This document shows, piece after piece, positions 1 to 13,593 of a stretch of 64,000 bases of DNA. The notes under the pieces were generated by a model that had not been told where the DNA came from, did no database searches, and worked only from the letters and a program-made list of their open reading frames with translations. The DNA comes from Eledone cirrhosa (Eukaryota), in contig OZ024753.1 in the NCBI GenBank assembly GCA_964016885.1, positions 12,896,001 through 12,960,000 of the forward strand, in the 5' to 3' direction. The position numbers and the translations under genes are program-made. The first letter of the stretch is position 1; each line of letters opens with the position of its first letter.

Positions 1-281
<281 letters not shown>

Positions 282-536
282 ACAGATGTGAGACAAACCA
301 CAACAGAAACACCAACCCTCCATCTCAATTTTACTTTTGAAAATCATAAGAAATTTGAAACCGGTAAAGTAAATAAATAAATATATTCATAAAAGACACC
401 ATTTTCAATGCAAAGGAGAACTAGTCAACATCATCGGATGCTTCCGAAGACACCTTTTTTTTTGGGGGGGGGGGGGTCAGAGTTTCCCTCTCTTAGAAAG
501 GTGTTATGACAATAACTGGCGGCATTCCTACTATTT

Positions 537-730
537 GGATGGCCGTTGACTCTGGTGAGTTCCTCCACCCTTTTGACGGGTCTTGTATTTCATCCTGCAG
601 GGTGTCCAAATAACACCCTCCTCACCAAGCAAGCTTGGTGGGGTTGCCAGTTTAGTCGCCGACGAGCCGACCATGAGACAGGTTGTACTGGGTTACATGT
701 TACCAGTAGTACTCGAGAGCGACCTGACAT
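537..730. mobile_element. Dispersed structured repeat (probable RTE-type retroelement 5' region or derived SINE), copy 1
   Basis: Near-identical to 57465-57660 and similar to 58150-58345; each copy abuts an (AT)n or (ATAC)n run. Confidence 0.6.
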
Positions 731-735
731 AAATA

Positions 736-798
<63 letters not shown>

Positions 799-839
799 AT
801 GATATTAATAAATGGAAACTATATTTATAAAACCATATT

Positions 840-904
840 TATTTTATTATATATATTTCAAGGGTACCAAAACAAACTTTGGTACGCTCTCATCAGATAA
901 AATA
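840..904 (-). ncRNA. Type I hammerhead ribozyme motif (Penelope-like element remnant)
   Basis: Minus strand: UAUUUUAU-CUGAUGA-GAGCGUACCAAA..UUUGGUACCCUU-GAAA-UAUAUAU-A^AUAAAAUA. It has an 8-bp stem I, a long stem II and a palindromic stem III. Related copies at about 13380-13490 and 42205-42310. Confidence 0.75.
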
Positions 905-920
905 CAAAATTTGATTTATA

Positions 921-1097
921 AATAATTGTTTCTACTTTAGGCACAAGGCCAGCAATTATCCAGTGCATTACTGGTACTTTATTTTATCGACCCCGTAAGG
1001 ATGAAAGGCAAAGTTAACCTCGGCGGGATTTGAACTCAGATCGTAAAGGGACGTAACTATGCTGAAAAGCATGGCGTCCGACCCTCTACCGATACTG
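921..1097 (-). mobile_element. tRNA-derived SINE, family A
   Basis: The minus strand has B-box GAGTTCAAATCC and the core cctttcatccttacggggtcgataaaataaagtaccag; more than 15 similar copies in the window. Confidence 0.9.
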
Positions 1098-1267
1098 ATG
1101 ACATACTCGATAAACCAGACCTTATCGGTTCAGGTTCCGTTTGGATATTAATATCATTGATATTATACTCCAGGAAACTTGTCGAGTGCTTCGAATCTGT
1201 TATAAATAAATTTGCTGAATTACCAGCAAATTAAATATCTCTTTACTTATATATATAAATATATATA

Positions 1268-1460
1268 TAGGAACGAGTAGCACCCCGACGGCTGAGCTCA
1301 AGCCGTTTCGACAGCTAATTCTGGACTCAGAATTAGCCGTCGAAACGGCTTGAGCTCAGCCGTCGGGGTCCTACTCGTTCCTATTACCCACTCTACTACC
1401 TTAAGTATTGAGTACTTTGGTGCGTTATGGTCCACCTGGTTCCTTACCACATCTCCTTCG

Positions 1461-1462
<2 letters not shown>
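1268..1462 (+). mobile_element. Penelope-like pLTR fragment with fold-back palindrome and 3' half of a hammerhead
   Basis: 56-bp inverted arms (1268-1323 / 1328-1383) containing GAAAC-GGCTTGAGCTCAGCC-GTC. Same family at about 13511-13562, 17132-17190, 28157-28365, 36221-36411 and 41001-41144. Confidence 0.7.
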
Positions 1463-1511
<49 letters not shown>

Positions 1512-3059
1512 TAATTAACTATTAAATAAATATGGAAGCTATTTGGTTACATGTACAAAAACACATCATGAGACGGATGGATTCTCATACTGACACATAG
1601 ATAGATAGATTTTTGTTGTTGTTCTGATGATTTCTATTATATGTTTCAAGATTCCTACATTTCTTTGTTTTAAGGCCCTTCAAATTCGTAATTTAAACCT
1701 AACGTATGAGCAAAAGTGATAAAAATTGTTCTGAATAAATTTATATATATAGAAATACACAAATAACTAAACAACATATTGAACAGACAGAAAATATCGA
1801 AAAGGTATCACATTTCTAGGAATATAGAAAACCAAAGAAGGAAAACATGATTTCATGGTTTCATTTGAATAAGTTAATGGATATGTCGCTATAAATTTTA
1901 GTTAATGGACATATAAAAATTGAATAGAAAATGAGACAAAGGGGAAAAAAGAGTAATGATACAGGCTGTTGTCAAGAGAATCAGGCCTATAGTTAGGTCG
2001 GATGCCACATGCCATAGTACATTTGCTGAAATTAAATCATAAGATCTATTTTCTCACACAATCGTTTATCACTGCTAAAGCTGATGGGAAATGACATCTT
2101 GTTTTGTAGCTTCACATATTCCTACTACACTCTCAGTGTTACTGACAATAAGGCTAATGAATAATCGCAGGAGCGATTCCATTAAATCCATCGGTCGAAC
2201 AGAACAGTTTCTTTCTGTTCACAATGTAACATTATATGATAGCTGCATTTAAAATGAGCGCAGATATTACTGGGCTGTTGTTGTTTTTTGGGGGGAGGGG
2301 GTTTCATATTTTCAGAAACGTGTGTGTATTTGTGTGTTTATCAGTGTGTGTGTTTGTTAGTGTATGTGTGTGTATCAGTGCATGTGTGTTTCTGTGTGCC
2401 TGTGAATGTGTTCAATATATGTGTGTGTTTGCATGCATGTGTGTGTGTGTCTCACTATGTGTGTATGTATGTGTTTGTCAGTGTATGTGTGTGTATATCA
2501 CTGTATGTGTGCGTGTCTGCCTATATGTGAGTATACATACAGAGACACACACATACACACACATACACACATATCACACACATACACTATTGTGTGTGTA
2601 TGTGTGTGTGTATGTGTGTGTCTCTGTATGTATGTGTGCGTGCGTGCGATTAAGAATTGTATCCAACTTAGCTGTGTATTTAAGACGTTGGCTTCAAAAT
2701 CTCACTTTTGTTTCAATCCAACAAGTTTCATTTACTATATCTGTTATCAATTTCTGTATTTAATCAAAGCCTTTAGACCAGTGATTCCCAACGTGGGGCG
2801 CACACCCTACAGAGGGGCTATTTGAATATTTAAGGGGACGATTTGAAAATGATGTTAATGAGAACAAACCTCAGGTTTTACTTTATTACTTTTACACGAA
2901 GGCAACTTTGGTACACATTACTGTCAGAACCTCCTGTCTCACCTCCTCTTCCACTTATTATTGCCATTTGTAGCCTGTCAATTCTATGATCTATTGGCTT
3001 CGTCTTTGGATCAGATCAAGACAATTTTAATTAATTCTTACTATCATCATTTTTGTGAA

Positions 3060-3300
3060 GGCGCGTGGCCTAGAGGTAAGGGTGTTGGACCTGCGGTCAT
3101 AATGCCGTACGTTCGATTCCTGGTTCATGAGCAAAACATTTCATTTCACGTTGTTCCAGTATACCCAGCTGAAAAACATGAGTACCAGCAATAGCTGGGG
3201 ATTTAACCTTGCGATGGACTGGTGACTTGTCCAGAAAGGAGTCGTGTACTCTCAGTCGCTTCAAGCCACGGGAGTCTCGAGTCAGACTTTAAACTTTAGA
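3060..3300 (+). mobile_element. tRNA-derived SINE, family C
   Basis: A-box TGGCCTAGAGG and B-box GTTCGATTCC. Homologous to 21888-22002 and 56025-56297; ends in a gacttta repeat tail. Confidence 0.85.
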
Positions 3301-3799
3301 ATGGTAACACAATTGCATGCTTTATTTTCTTCTTTGCTACTGCCTTGAATGTTCTGCTATAACTTGATTGGTATGTATAACCATGCAAATAGCTTAGCCG
3401 CTTCTCCCCGGCAGTGATAGAGGCAATGTTATTGGAACATATGCAGATGGGTTTTATACTTGATATAATCTTGCTAAGATCTACTGCATTTCAGAATTGC
3501 TTCATCTATGAGTCTTCATTTATGAATGTTTATTTTGTTTTTATTTGCAATTCTATGAACCATCTGGAATTCTGGACACTATAGCAGCAGTGTCAAATCT
3601 TTGAATCGGAATGATTCTGAGAAATATAATCGGACATGGATAAGCTTGAAGCTTTCATCGATAGATGACTGAAATAGTCTGCCTCAGATTCTAACACAAC
3701 AATATGTCAAATGAAGATGTGCTCTGAAAAACTGATTGCAAACATAGGATAAGTGAAATAAAAGGCAACTGACTCATATGGTTCCCTCATGAACTCTGA

Positions 3800-5520
3800 A
3801 TGAACCAGAAAAAACTACCAAAGATAGGATTTAAGATGGATAACAACTGTAAACTGATAGAGTGCAAAGGTAAGACATTTCCTACGCGGGGCATGATAAA
3901 GAAATGAATGTGACTGAACTCGCCAACTTGAAGAATAAAATTATGATCGAATGGATGAAAATGAAAGAATCTGACAAGGGGGAACGAGACACTCTCCCTA
4001 AGATCCAGAACTCCAAACAAAACCGAAGGATAATACACAACACTAACATAGCTCTCAAAAACATTATCATCACAAATAATAAAATAAATATTACTGATTT
4101 AAATCATCTCTATTATGCATCGGCTAAAGTCACCACTCACTTATGTGGAGTGAAAATGAAAAAACAAAGGAATGCCCACAAAAAAACCTACTTGGCAAGA
4201 GAACATCAATAGCCAAATAAACCTTCTCCGATCTGACAGAAATGTTAGCAAACTACAAAGTAGGTGAACATGTTAAACAAACTAAACTGAGAAAATTGAA
4301 AACAAAATACAATATAAAATCAACAAACGACATAGACATGCTGATAGAAACAATCAAGCAAAAGGCAAAGAGGACAATAATATGTTCAAAAACAACCAAA
4401 AAACTTCTACAGAAAAATTAGCAAGGCAACAATAACTGCTAAATCAATACCACCCAAGGAGGAAGTGCAAGAATTCTGGGAAAAGATCTGGGCCGAAGAA
4501 AAAGTTCATAATATACATGCCTCATGGATAGACAGACAAATGCAAGATATAGCTCACCTTGAAGAACAAATATGGGAAAATATAACAGTTGAACATCTGC
4601 GTTTAGCTCTTAGAAAATCACGCAAATTGAAATCCCCAGGGAAAGACAAAATACCAAACTTTTGGATAAATGCCTTCACAGAGTCTCATGAGCTGTTAGC
4701 CCAAATTTACAATGATATGGTTAAGGAGCCAGAAAAGATACCATCATGGCTAGTTAACAGCATTACATTCCTACTTCCGAAGAATGATGAGACAAATAAT
4801 CCAAAAAATTACAGACCGATAACTTGCTTGACCGCAATGTATAAAATCTTAACATCAGTCCTAATTGAATATATATATGATCACTTGATAACAAATTATC
4901 TATTTCCCAATGAGCAGAAAGGGTGTAAATGGGGCTCATATGGCTGTAAGAACTAGCTTTTGATTAACAAAATGATACTGTAATATTAGACACAAAAATC
5001 TATCAATTGTACAAAAAAGCATTCGATAGTTTGCCACACAGTTGGATTGAAAAGTGTTTAGAGATTTTCAAAATATATCCCGTTGTCAGGAGGTTCCTGT
5101 CATTCAGTATGAAAGCATGGAAAACAACACTCCATTTTATTAGTGAAAAAAATCCCTGGAAGCTGGAGAAGTTAATATTAATTGTGAAATTTTTCATGGT
5201 GACGCTTTACCACTGCTTTTATTCTACATCGCACTTATACCATTAAAATGCTCAATGAAACAAAACATCGATATAAAGTCTATGACAAAACCATTAATCA
5301 CTTGTTCTACATGGATGACCTGAAACTATTTGCAAAAAAATGATGAGCAATTGCAAGGGTTATTATCCACTGTGAACAGTTCCTTGATGATATTAAAATG
5401 GAGTTTGGACTAGATAAATGCGCCAAAGCCACGTTCACCAGAGGAAAGCTGCTGAGAAGTTCAGACATAATCTTGATCGGGGGAATGTGATAAGAGAACT
5501 TGATCAAGAAGAAACTTATC
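3800..5520 (+). pseudogene. R4/Dong-like non-LTR retrotransposon, N-terminal region and reverse transcriptase (frameshifted)
   Basis: RT motifs KSPGKDKIPNFW, PKNYRPITCL, QKGC, KAFDSLPHSW, LFYMDDLKLF and MEFGLDKC, broken by stops and frameshifts. Confidence 0.88.
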
Positions 5521-5521
5521 T

Positions 5522-6144
5522 AACTAATCTAGTTAGACACCTATCTAAGTACGATCTAGATGTCCCTAAACGATTTGTCCAGGTCCACACTGGCGCATTA
5601 GGGAAATTGAGTCGGTACCTGTCAGACAATTTGAACTGGCTGATCAAGTACTTGAGGCTTTTGCACCCCCACCCCCCTCCTATCAGATACTCCCACACAG
5701 TCCTAGCGTGCGTCTAAGATGCCGTTCCAGTCCCCTGTTAACATTAAAGGGCGACACGTACCCAGAAAGGCTTCCAGGCGTGTAAAGAAATCCGGCCATC
5801 CTGCCCCGGTAGACGGCCACCAGTCTAAAGGCACCACCTTCGCTATTGTTCACGTCCAGAACCACCAACTTACCGTCCCGGTGCCGGAAGATCGACCTTA
5901 CCTCGAGAACCAGGCCTTTCCTAAACAGCACTTCCACCCCACCTCCCATTCCCGGCTGACTAACAGATGCAAAGATCTGATAGTCGTCGAAAATGAGGGC
6001 TAGAGCACGCGTGTCGGAAATCCTGGTCTCGCCGGCGGCGATTTTATCCATTTCTAGAGATCTGAGGTCGTTGAGCAGGTGACCCTGCTTCTAGGACGAT
6101 CCCAGACCTCGAACATTTAAACATCCTACTATTAATATGGCCAT
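5522..6144 (-). pseudogene. Tx1/L1-like ORF2 apurinic-endonuclease (APE) domain, truncated
   Basis: MAILIVGCLNVRGL..., ET, GGGVEVLF, DGKLVVLDV, FRLVAVY, GDWN, DRYR, WTWTN and SYLDR motifs; one stop and one frameshift. Confidence 0.85.
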
Positions 6145-6175
6145 GTTGGCGGGCTAAAAGAGAGAGGAAAGCTTT

Positions 6176-7927
6176 ACTTACCTCCCGGGCTCTTGTGAAG
6201 GTCGGGTGGTTCGACCTCCATAGTTGGTGGGGTTTCTTTTGGGAACCCCTTTAAAAGCTTACTTGAAGCTTTTACACTGGGTGTTCTCATGCCGTTGGGG
6301 AAGCTCTCCCTAATTGTTTTATAATTGCTTAGTGCCAATCGCATCAGCAAAAGTGTTTGTGGCACCTTAAAGGTGCAGGTGTTAAACGCCTCCCCTCTTT
6401 CTCTATTTCCTTACTTCGTGTCATGAGGTTCAGTAGTTTTGTGTTCGATTTCCTCACTAACACGAAGTCAGGTGCTGTTGTGGTTGTAAGTTGTTGCTGT
6501 GTGTGTTTTCTTTTAGTTGTTTGTATTAGTGGTTGTGTTGTTGGTGGAGATGGTGTTTGTGTTGACGGTTGTGTTCTTGTGGGGGTGGGTGTTGTCGTAT
6601 GTGTGTCTGTACTTGGTGTGAATGTGTCTTTTTTGTTTGCTGTTTGTGTTGGTGTGTGGGATTTCTTCTTGTGTTTTCTTTTTTTTGGGGGGTGGGGGTG
6701 GTGTTCCACCTTATCTTCGCTCAGTGATGAAGAGGTTTCTGTGCTTGTGTCAGATGTAAGTGGCAGTACGTGTATGGGTGTGTGTGTGTTTTCGAGAGGG
6801 AGGGAGCAGGAGAGCTTCTTTGGAGTGGCCCCTGGGTGGTCTTGGCGGTCTTTGCAGTTGTTGTTGGTTCTGCTGGTGTTGCTGCTGCAGATTTTGTTGT
6901 TGGTGTTGTTATTTCGCGATGAGGCCCCGGCGTCGGCAGCAGCGGAGACTTTTGACAGATGAGGGCAGAAGACTCAACCCCGGACCAGTCCTCTCTTCCG
7001 GTCCTGGTTACCTCTATTGGGACGGCATCTGACTCCTCCACAATCACCCATCCCAAGAGCCACCACACATCTAGTCCAGGTGGAATCCTGGGAACGCGGA
7101 CTCTAATCGTTCTTTTTCCCATGTGGGAGGGGTACATAATAAACTTGATGGTTTTGCAAGGAGCCGTCGAGTGCTTCAAAGTGAGGACCTCCGACTTAAA
7201 CAGCACCGAGATGGTGCCATGTTGTCGACCCCTCGCTACGTACTCTGTATCTCCTCTGATGTACCTCAGCGCAGCCTCGACGTCTCCTTGGGGAGAGTTT
7301 GTGGTTCTTTTCGTCTCAGCTGAGATGCATTTGAAGACCGGAGTTCACTTCTCCACCGCTTCTATGGCCTCTGCCGGGACAGTTAAGTTGGCCCAGGTTT
7401 GCTCTTGTTTGATGAGCTTCCATGCCTGGGCCAACTTTGTCTCCTTGTCTGTCAAGTCCATGTTGAAGCATGACCATTTCTTAGCTGCTGCCGCAGCGAA
7501 AGTGTTCTTGTTGTTGTCGTTGTTCTTGTTGGTGCTGTTGCTGTAATCACTGTTGCAGTTGGTTATATCTTTGGTTCCACCGTTGTTGTTGTTCTCGGTG
7601 CAGTTGGTATGTTGCTGTTGGAGCTGCCGCTGTTTATGTTCTGGTTAGTGGTGTTAATTTCGTTGTTGTTTTTGTTGTCATCATTTCTGTTGTCTGTCTT
7701 TTGGTTGTCGCTGTTACTGCTGTCGTTGGTATTGTCGTTGTTGTTGTTTTTTAAGGCTATTGTTCTCACTAGTGGTGTTGCCGCTGCAGCTGCTCATGCT
7801 GTTTGTGGTGGTGTTGCTAAATCAATGTTTGCCGCTTCCCTCCTCTCAACATTTAGGTCGCTGTCACACGACAGCAGACTTTAAATTTTTTTCAGGGGGG
7901 GGGGGGGGGGGGGCGTGACTCAGCCAT
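6176..7927 (-). pseudogene. Tx1/L1-like ORF1 (low-complexity N/T/Q-rich), disrupted
   Basis: Lies directly upstream of the APE ORF2 on the same strand. Fragments include VRVPRIPPGLDVWWL and T/P/K-rich tracts; a candidate ATG is at 7927. Confidence 0.6.
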
Positions 7928-8199
7928 GTTTTTTTTTTAAACAAAAAGATTAAAATATTTTGGCCAAAAGGCCCAAAAAATATTACACAGTTACCCCTTC
8001 AGAGTGCAAAGACGGAAGTCTTACGACCCTTTTCAAAGAATACAACAATTATTATAAATGAAAATAAACAGAAAATATCCTACTTTTGTGGAACTCCAAA
8101 CACACGTATTTACTGACTGACAGCCAATAATATTAATAATGCTTTCTTTATTAACCACAAGGGTTGACACAAAGTATAACATTAAAAGAAAAAAAAAAA

Positions 8200-8901
8200 A
8201 CAACCAGATTGATCATATAATTTCAATGTGCAGTCCTATAGCTCCAACCGAATACCTAAACAGGCATGACAGAGCTGCACAATACCTACATTGGATAATG
8301 TGTAAGCATTTTGACTTGCCCCATCAAAAGAATTGGTGGGAGCATCAACCACCTCCCATACTTGAACAAGATCACATCTCAATCTTGTGGAACTTTAGCA
8401 TCCAAACAGACCGAAAAATAGATGCAAATAGACCTGATATAATATTGAAGGACTTTAAAAAGAGGGTATGCCTGCTAAATGATATGTATGTTCCAATAGA
8501 CAGGAATGTATCTATAAAAACATTTGAAAAATTTAGCAAGTATAAGGACCTGGAGATAGAAATTGGAAAAATGTGGAAGTTGAGAACTAAAACAATACCA
8601 GTGGTTGTAGGCGCTCTATGAATGATACCTAAGGGGTCTAATGCTTACTTATCGCAAATCCCAGGAAACCAGCGGTATAGGAGAAATACAAAAGATAGTA
8701 CTAATGAGAACTGCCCATATACTAAGGAAGATTCTGTCAATATAAGTACATCACAAGTCTAAACATCTAAAGATACATGTGTGTGTATGTATGTTCTTTC
8801 TTGAACATGGCGGACCTTGTTGTCTCTTGAGGTCATTGGTTGTGACTTGGTGATAACTCGTGAACATAAAGCAAGTTAAATGAAACTATAATAATAATAA
8901 T
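8200..8901 (+). pseudogene. R4/Dong-like element C-terminus: CCHC-knuckle remnant, restriction-like endonuclease, 3'UTR and (TAA)n tail
   Basis: DHIISMC...RHD, RPDIIL..D, KFSKYKDL and PVVVGAL motifs; (ATA)n tail at about 8888-8901. Confidence 0.88.
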
Positions 8902-9653
8902 GAGGAGGAGGAAGGTGAGGATAAGAAACAACTATTATCCATAATGTTTTTAAGTTGGAAACCGATAACTTGTGCTATATACTAGAAATTTAATCCAACG
9001 TAAAGGTTATATGTACTTACAACTTTTTATGAATACTTTCGTGTGTGAAAATATATTCATGTTTGTACAATGTCGGTGCATTAGAACTTTGTAACGGCTA
9101 TTAAGCAAATATATTCAAATTCGTACATTTTTATATGAGTATGATGGGTTTTTTTTTGGTTTTTTTGCTTATATATTGCCTATTAAGAAGTCGTCATAGA
9201 AGCCACAGCAACGAGAGGAATACAAAACATCTACAAAAATCTGAATGAGAAATGAAACGAAACGCAAGTAAAATCAATAAGCATGTGGAATAGTGTCGTG
9301 GACAGCTAAATTATCTTACTGCAGTATATTACTCATGACGCATTTATTGGGTATACTCGAGTCTTCACATGTGGAAGAAGTATTCATTATGAATCTACGA
9401 ATCTACCATGTATAATATTGTAATATTGCAGTAGAGTAAAGTTGTCGTACGCGACACCATTCCACATTTATATATTGATTTTGAAGTTTCTTGTCTCATT
9501 GAGACTTTTGTATGAACTTGTAACACTCCCGTTCATGCGAATTCTAGGAGGAGCACTTAATAGGCGAATACATGAAAATAAAAACCATATTCCTCTAAAT
9601 ATGTATAAATGTGTGCATCACAATGTGAATATAATATATATATACAGAGAGAG

Positions 9654-9701
<48 letters not shown>

Positions 9702-10005
9702 TAAATCATGTCTTTAGAATAATCAGATAATAAAATATATACTATTTCTTCTTCTAATTAGCATAATTAACCATATAAAAAATCAATCAGAACAAGCTAT
9801 AAGAATAAATGCTCTTATGGGGAAATCTCCGACAAATAACCGAACGTAGCCGCTTCGCTGTCCACGACACTATTCCACATGCTTATTGATTCTAAAGACA
9901 TGATTTATGATATAATGCTCTGATTTTTTAATTTATTAATTCTTCATAGAGCTTACAAGTGACCAGTTGCAACATGTATATATCTATAACTTTATGTATA
10001 TGTTA

Positions 10006-10089
<84 letters not shown>

Positions 10090-10189
10090 TATTGAAGTTT
10101 CCGTTGCAAATTGAAAAAGTCATAGGAGTGAAGTGAAGAGTGCTCTATGTAAGTTACAGAGCTAAATTTAATGTATAATAAACAGTACA

Positions 10190-10268
10190 ATATAATTACC
10201 TCATTACCAGAGGTTTCCCGAATAAGACGAATACAAGAAACGTCCTCATTCGTTCGTCAGACAAGGCA
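10190..10268 (-). ncRNA. Hammerhead ribozyme motif with flanking inverted duplications
   Basis: Minus strand: CUGACGA-ACGAAUGAGGACG..CGUCUUAUUCGG-GAAA-CCUC(UGGUAAU)GAGG-UA^. Stem I is weak. Confidence 0.6.
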
Positions 10269-10350
10269 ATACTTGCATTGCCTTGTCTGGCGACAATTAC
10301 CTCATTACCTCTAGTAATGAGGTAATTATATTGTATTGTTTATTATATAT

Positions 10351-10390
<40 letters not shown>

Positions 10391-11132
10391 GCTAATATGA
10401 ATTCACATATGTATACGTAACTGCCAATAAGTTTTACGTGTATACGCATGCGTCTGTTATTAAAATACACTTAATAAAAATAATTTCACAATAACTTAAA
10501 TACTTTTACTCTTAACTATCTCTCCATTCTTCTCAAATGGTTCACGTAGTTAATTATCGCATTCAGAACTATATTTTCTCAACTTTAAGTTATCATAATA
10601 ATTTTTATTTTGTTTTTTTTTGTTATATCTTACATACTTTATGAGACAACTTTAGTAATTAAACAACCAAGCTAATGGAGTAGACGTTATTAATGGCATT
10701 ATTTAAAGAAATTTAAGCTACTTTTCCTTTTTCTAGATTCGTGTGGAGTTAATGTTGATATTTTTTCCATTTCATATTTTAGAATCTTTCATGCTGTTTT
10801 AGACGTTATTTTCTTGACATGTACAAGGTCTTTTTTCACCTGCCAATATGTTAATGTTTTTTGATAATAATCCAACTGGCGGAAGTATGTAAAGATTGGT
10901 TTACTGAGCTTGCCTGTTGGTACAGATAGAAATATAGAGACAGATGTAGAGACTCGAACTTACAACCTGATGATTGTAAGCCCAACGCTCTAACCACTAA
11001 ACCATGCATCATCGTTAACCTATAACTAGCGGGTTCCCCTACAGTTCTATTAATGAATTCTTCATTTCTTTTTAATTCAGAGCAACTGGAAATTAAACAT
11101 TTTTAATATTTTAAAGTAAGCCTCCGCTGAGT

Positions 11133-11420
11133 GGTAAACGGAATTGGCAGTGTCGATAGAACGTCAGATAGAATGCCTTGTGCTATTCCTTTTGACTCTC
11201 TGCCCTCTCAGTTCAAATCCTGCCGAGCCCAACTCTGCCTTTCATTCTTTCGAGGTCTCTACACAAAGTACCAGTCTAGTACTAGGATCGATTCTTCCTT
11301 TACATCTCATTCTCACTTCTCTTTCACTCTCACTGTCTATCCTTCTCTGGAAGAAATCTGCTGAATTCACACCTGGAGGGAGATGAACTCTGCCAGGCTT
11401 AAACATAACTGCCCAAGAAA
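11133..11420 (+). mobile_element. tRNA-derived SINE, family B (long tail)
   Basis: Head ttggcagtgtcg...gttcaaatcc and tail cctggagggagatga..ccaggcttaaac. Homologous to 26464-26757, 45935-46698(-), 53730-53945 and 63725-63992(-). Confidence 0.8.
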
Positions 11421-11439
11421 CGGAGTTACGGGACTATAC

Positions 11440-12127
<688 letters not shown>

Positions 12128-12486
12128 ATTTTCCGTTGCTCAGTTAGAAAATGTAATATACCTAATCCCAGGTCATTCTATAATCGTTTATATTACTTCT
12201 GAATGTGTAATAATGTTTTGATATGCTCAACATGTTTCCCTTTTTTTTTTTTTTATTAAATTGTAATAAGATAAGCATTAGTTGAATAACATATACTGGA
12301 ATCTATGAACAGCGGCTGATGAAGCTCATTCCTATACCACCGCGTCTCAATCACACTATGTCAGATTATTACATCTACCTAATAATTCGAGGCCGCCAGC
12401 TTTTTCTCAGTATGCAAATGAACTTCATCAGTCGATGTTCTTGTTGTTGTTGTTGTCGTTCTTCTTGTTACATACTACAGATACAT

Positions 12487-12722
12487 TCTTCTTCTTCATC
12501 TTCTTCTTCTTCTTCTTCTTCTTCTTCTTCTTCTTCTTCTTCTTCTTCTTCTTCTTCTTCTCGTTCTTCTTATTCTTCTTCTTCTCGTTCTTCTTCTTCT
12601 TCCTCGCTTTCGTCCACTTATTCCCGAGAAGGTCATTGGTGGCAGAGTCCTCAAACACTCCTTCCAGCGTGCCCTGTCAGATACAGCCGTCTCCAAGTGA
12701 TCCAAGTAGTTCCCAACTTTGC
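12487..12722 (-). mobile_element. RTE LINE extreme 3' end with (GAA)n tail
   Basis: AVSDRARWKECLRTLP matches the element at 56376-56850; long (TTC)n on the + strand. Confidence 0.78.
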
Positions 12723-13245
12723 ACACATAGATAAATTCAAATATTAAAATAATCTATTCAACAAAGATAGATTATTTGCAGTTGGCAACATTTTTGGACA
12801 TCATTCTGAAGCCAATATATCTCCTTCATACTGCGCTACCTCTATATATTTTAATATTTACATTATCGTCAAAGCTTGTTCATATTGAATTAAGTTTCCA
12901 TTGACGTATCTATGACAAGCGAAACTCGGTACAATCTAGAAGCAATCTAGAAGCAATCTAGATCCACAGAGTGGATGGCATGGATAATAAGATATTTAGT
13001 AACAGGATTAGGAAATGTTTTCATATATAAGCTTTAAAAAGAAATATAGTTATAGCGATATAACTAGAGGTGAATACATTAAGGCAGATAAAATGTATAC
13101 ATTAATTATAATATAATGGGTGTGCAATATAATATAATATCTATATTCATGAATAATGAACTGCATTAACACTCCTTAAAATATAATATAAAGCGTTATT
13201 GCTGCTAATGTTATTATATATAGGGAACAGAAAACCAAGACAGAC

Positions 13246-13292
<47 letters not shown>

Positions 13293-13593
13293 AAAGTTTT
13301 ATTTAAAATTGTTGGGTTACAACGAGTAAATGTTTTATAACTGATATAAAAGCACTCAACAAGTTTTGGAGTAGATTTACGATATTAAACAAATGGAAAC
13401 TATATTTATAAAACCATATTTATTTCATTGAAATATATATAATGAAATAAATATGGTTCTATAAATATAGTTTCCATTTGTTTAATATCGTATATATATA
13501 TATATATATATAGGAAAAAGTATGACCCCGACGGCAGAGCTCAAGACGTTTCGACGAAACGATAAATAAACATGGAAACTATAATAGAATAGA

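Noticed and set aside
3060-3135. tRNA-like sequence (also 21888, 56025 and the family A/B heads)
   Set aside because: A- and B-boxes are present but no full cloverleaf, and each continues into a SINE body; these are not tRNA genes.
6357-7884. Plus-strand hydrophobic ORFs (201, 195 and 91 aa) resembling membrane proteins
   Set aside because: Antisense shadows of the low-complexity, A/C-rich Tx1 ORF1.
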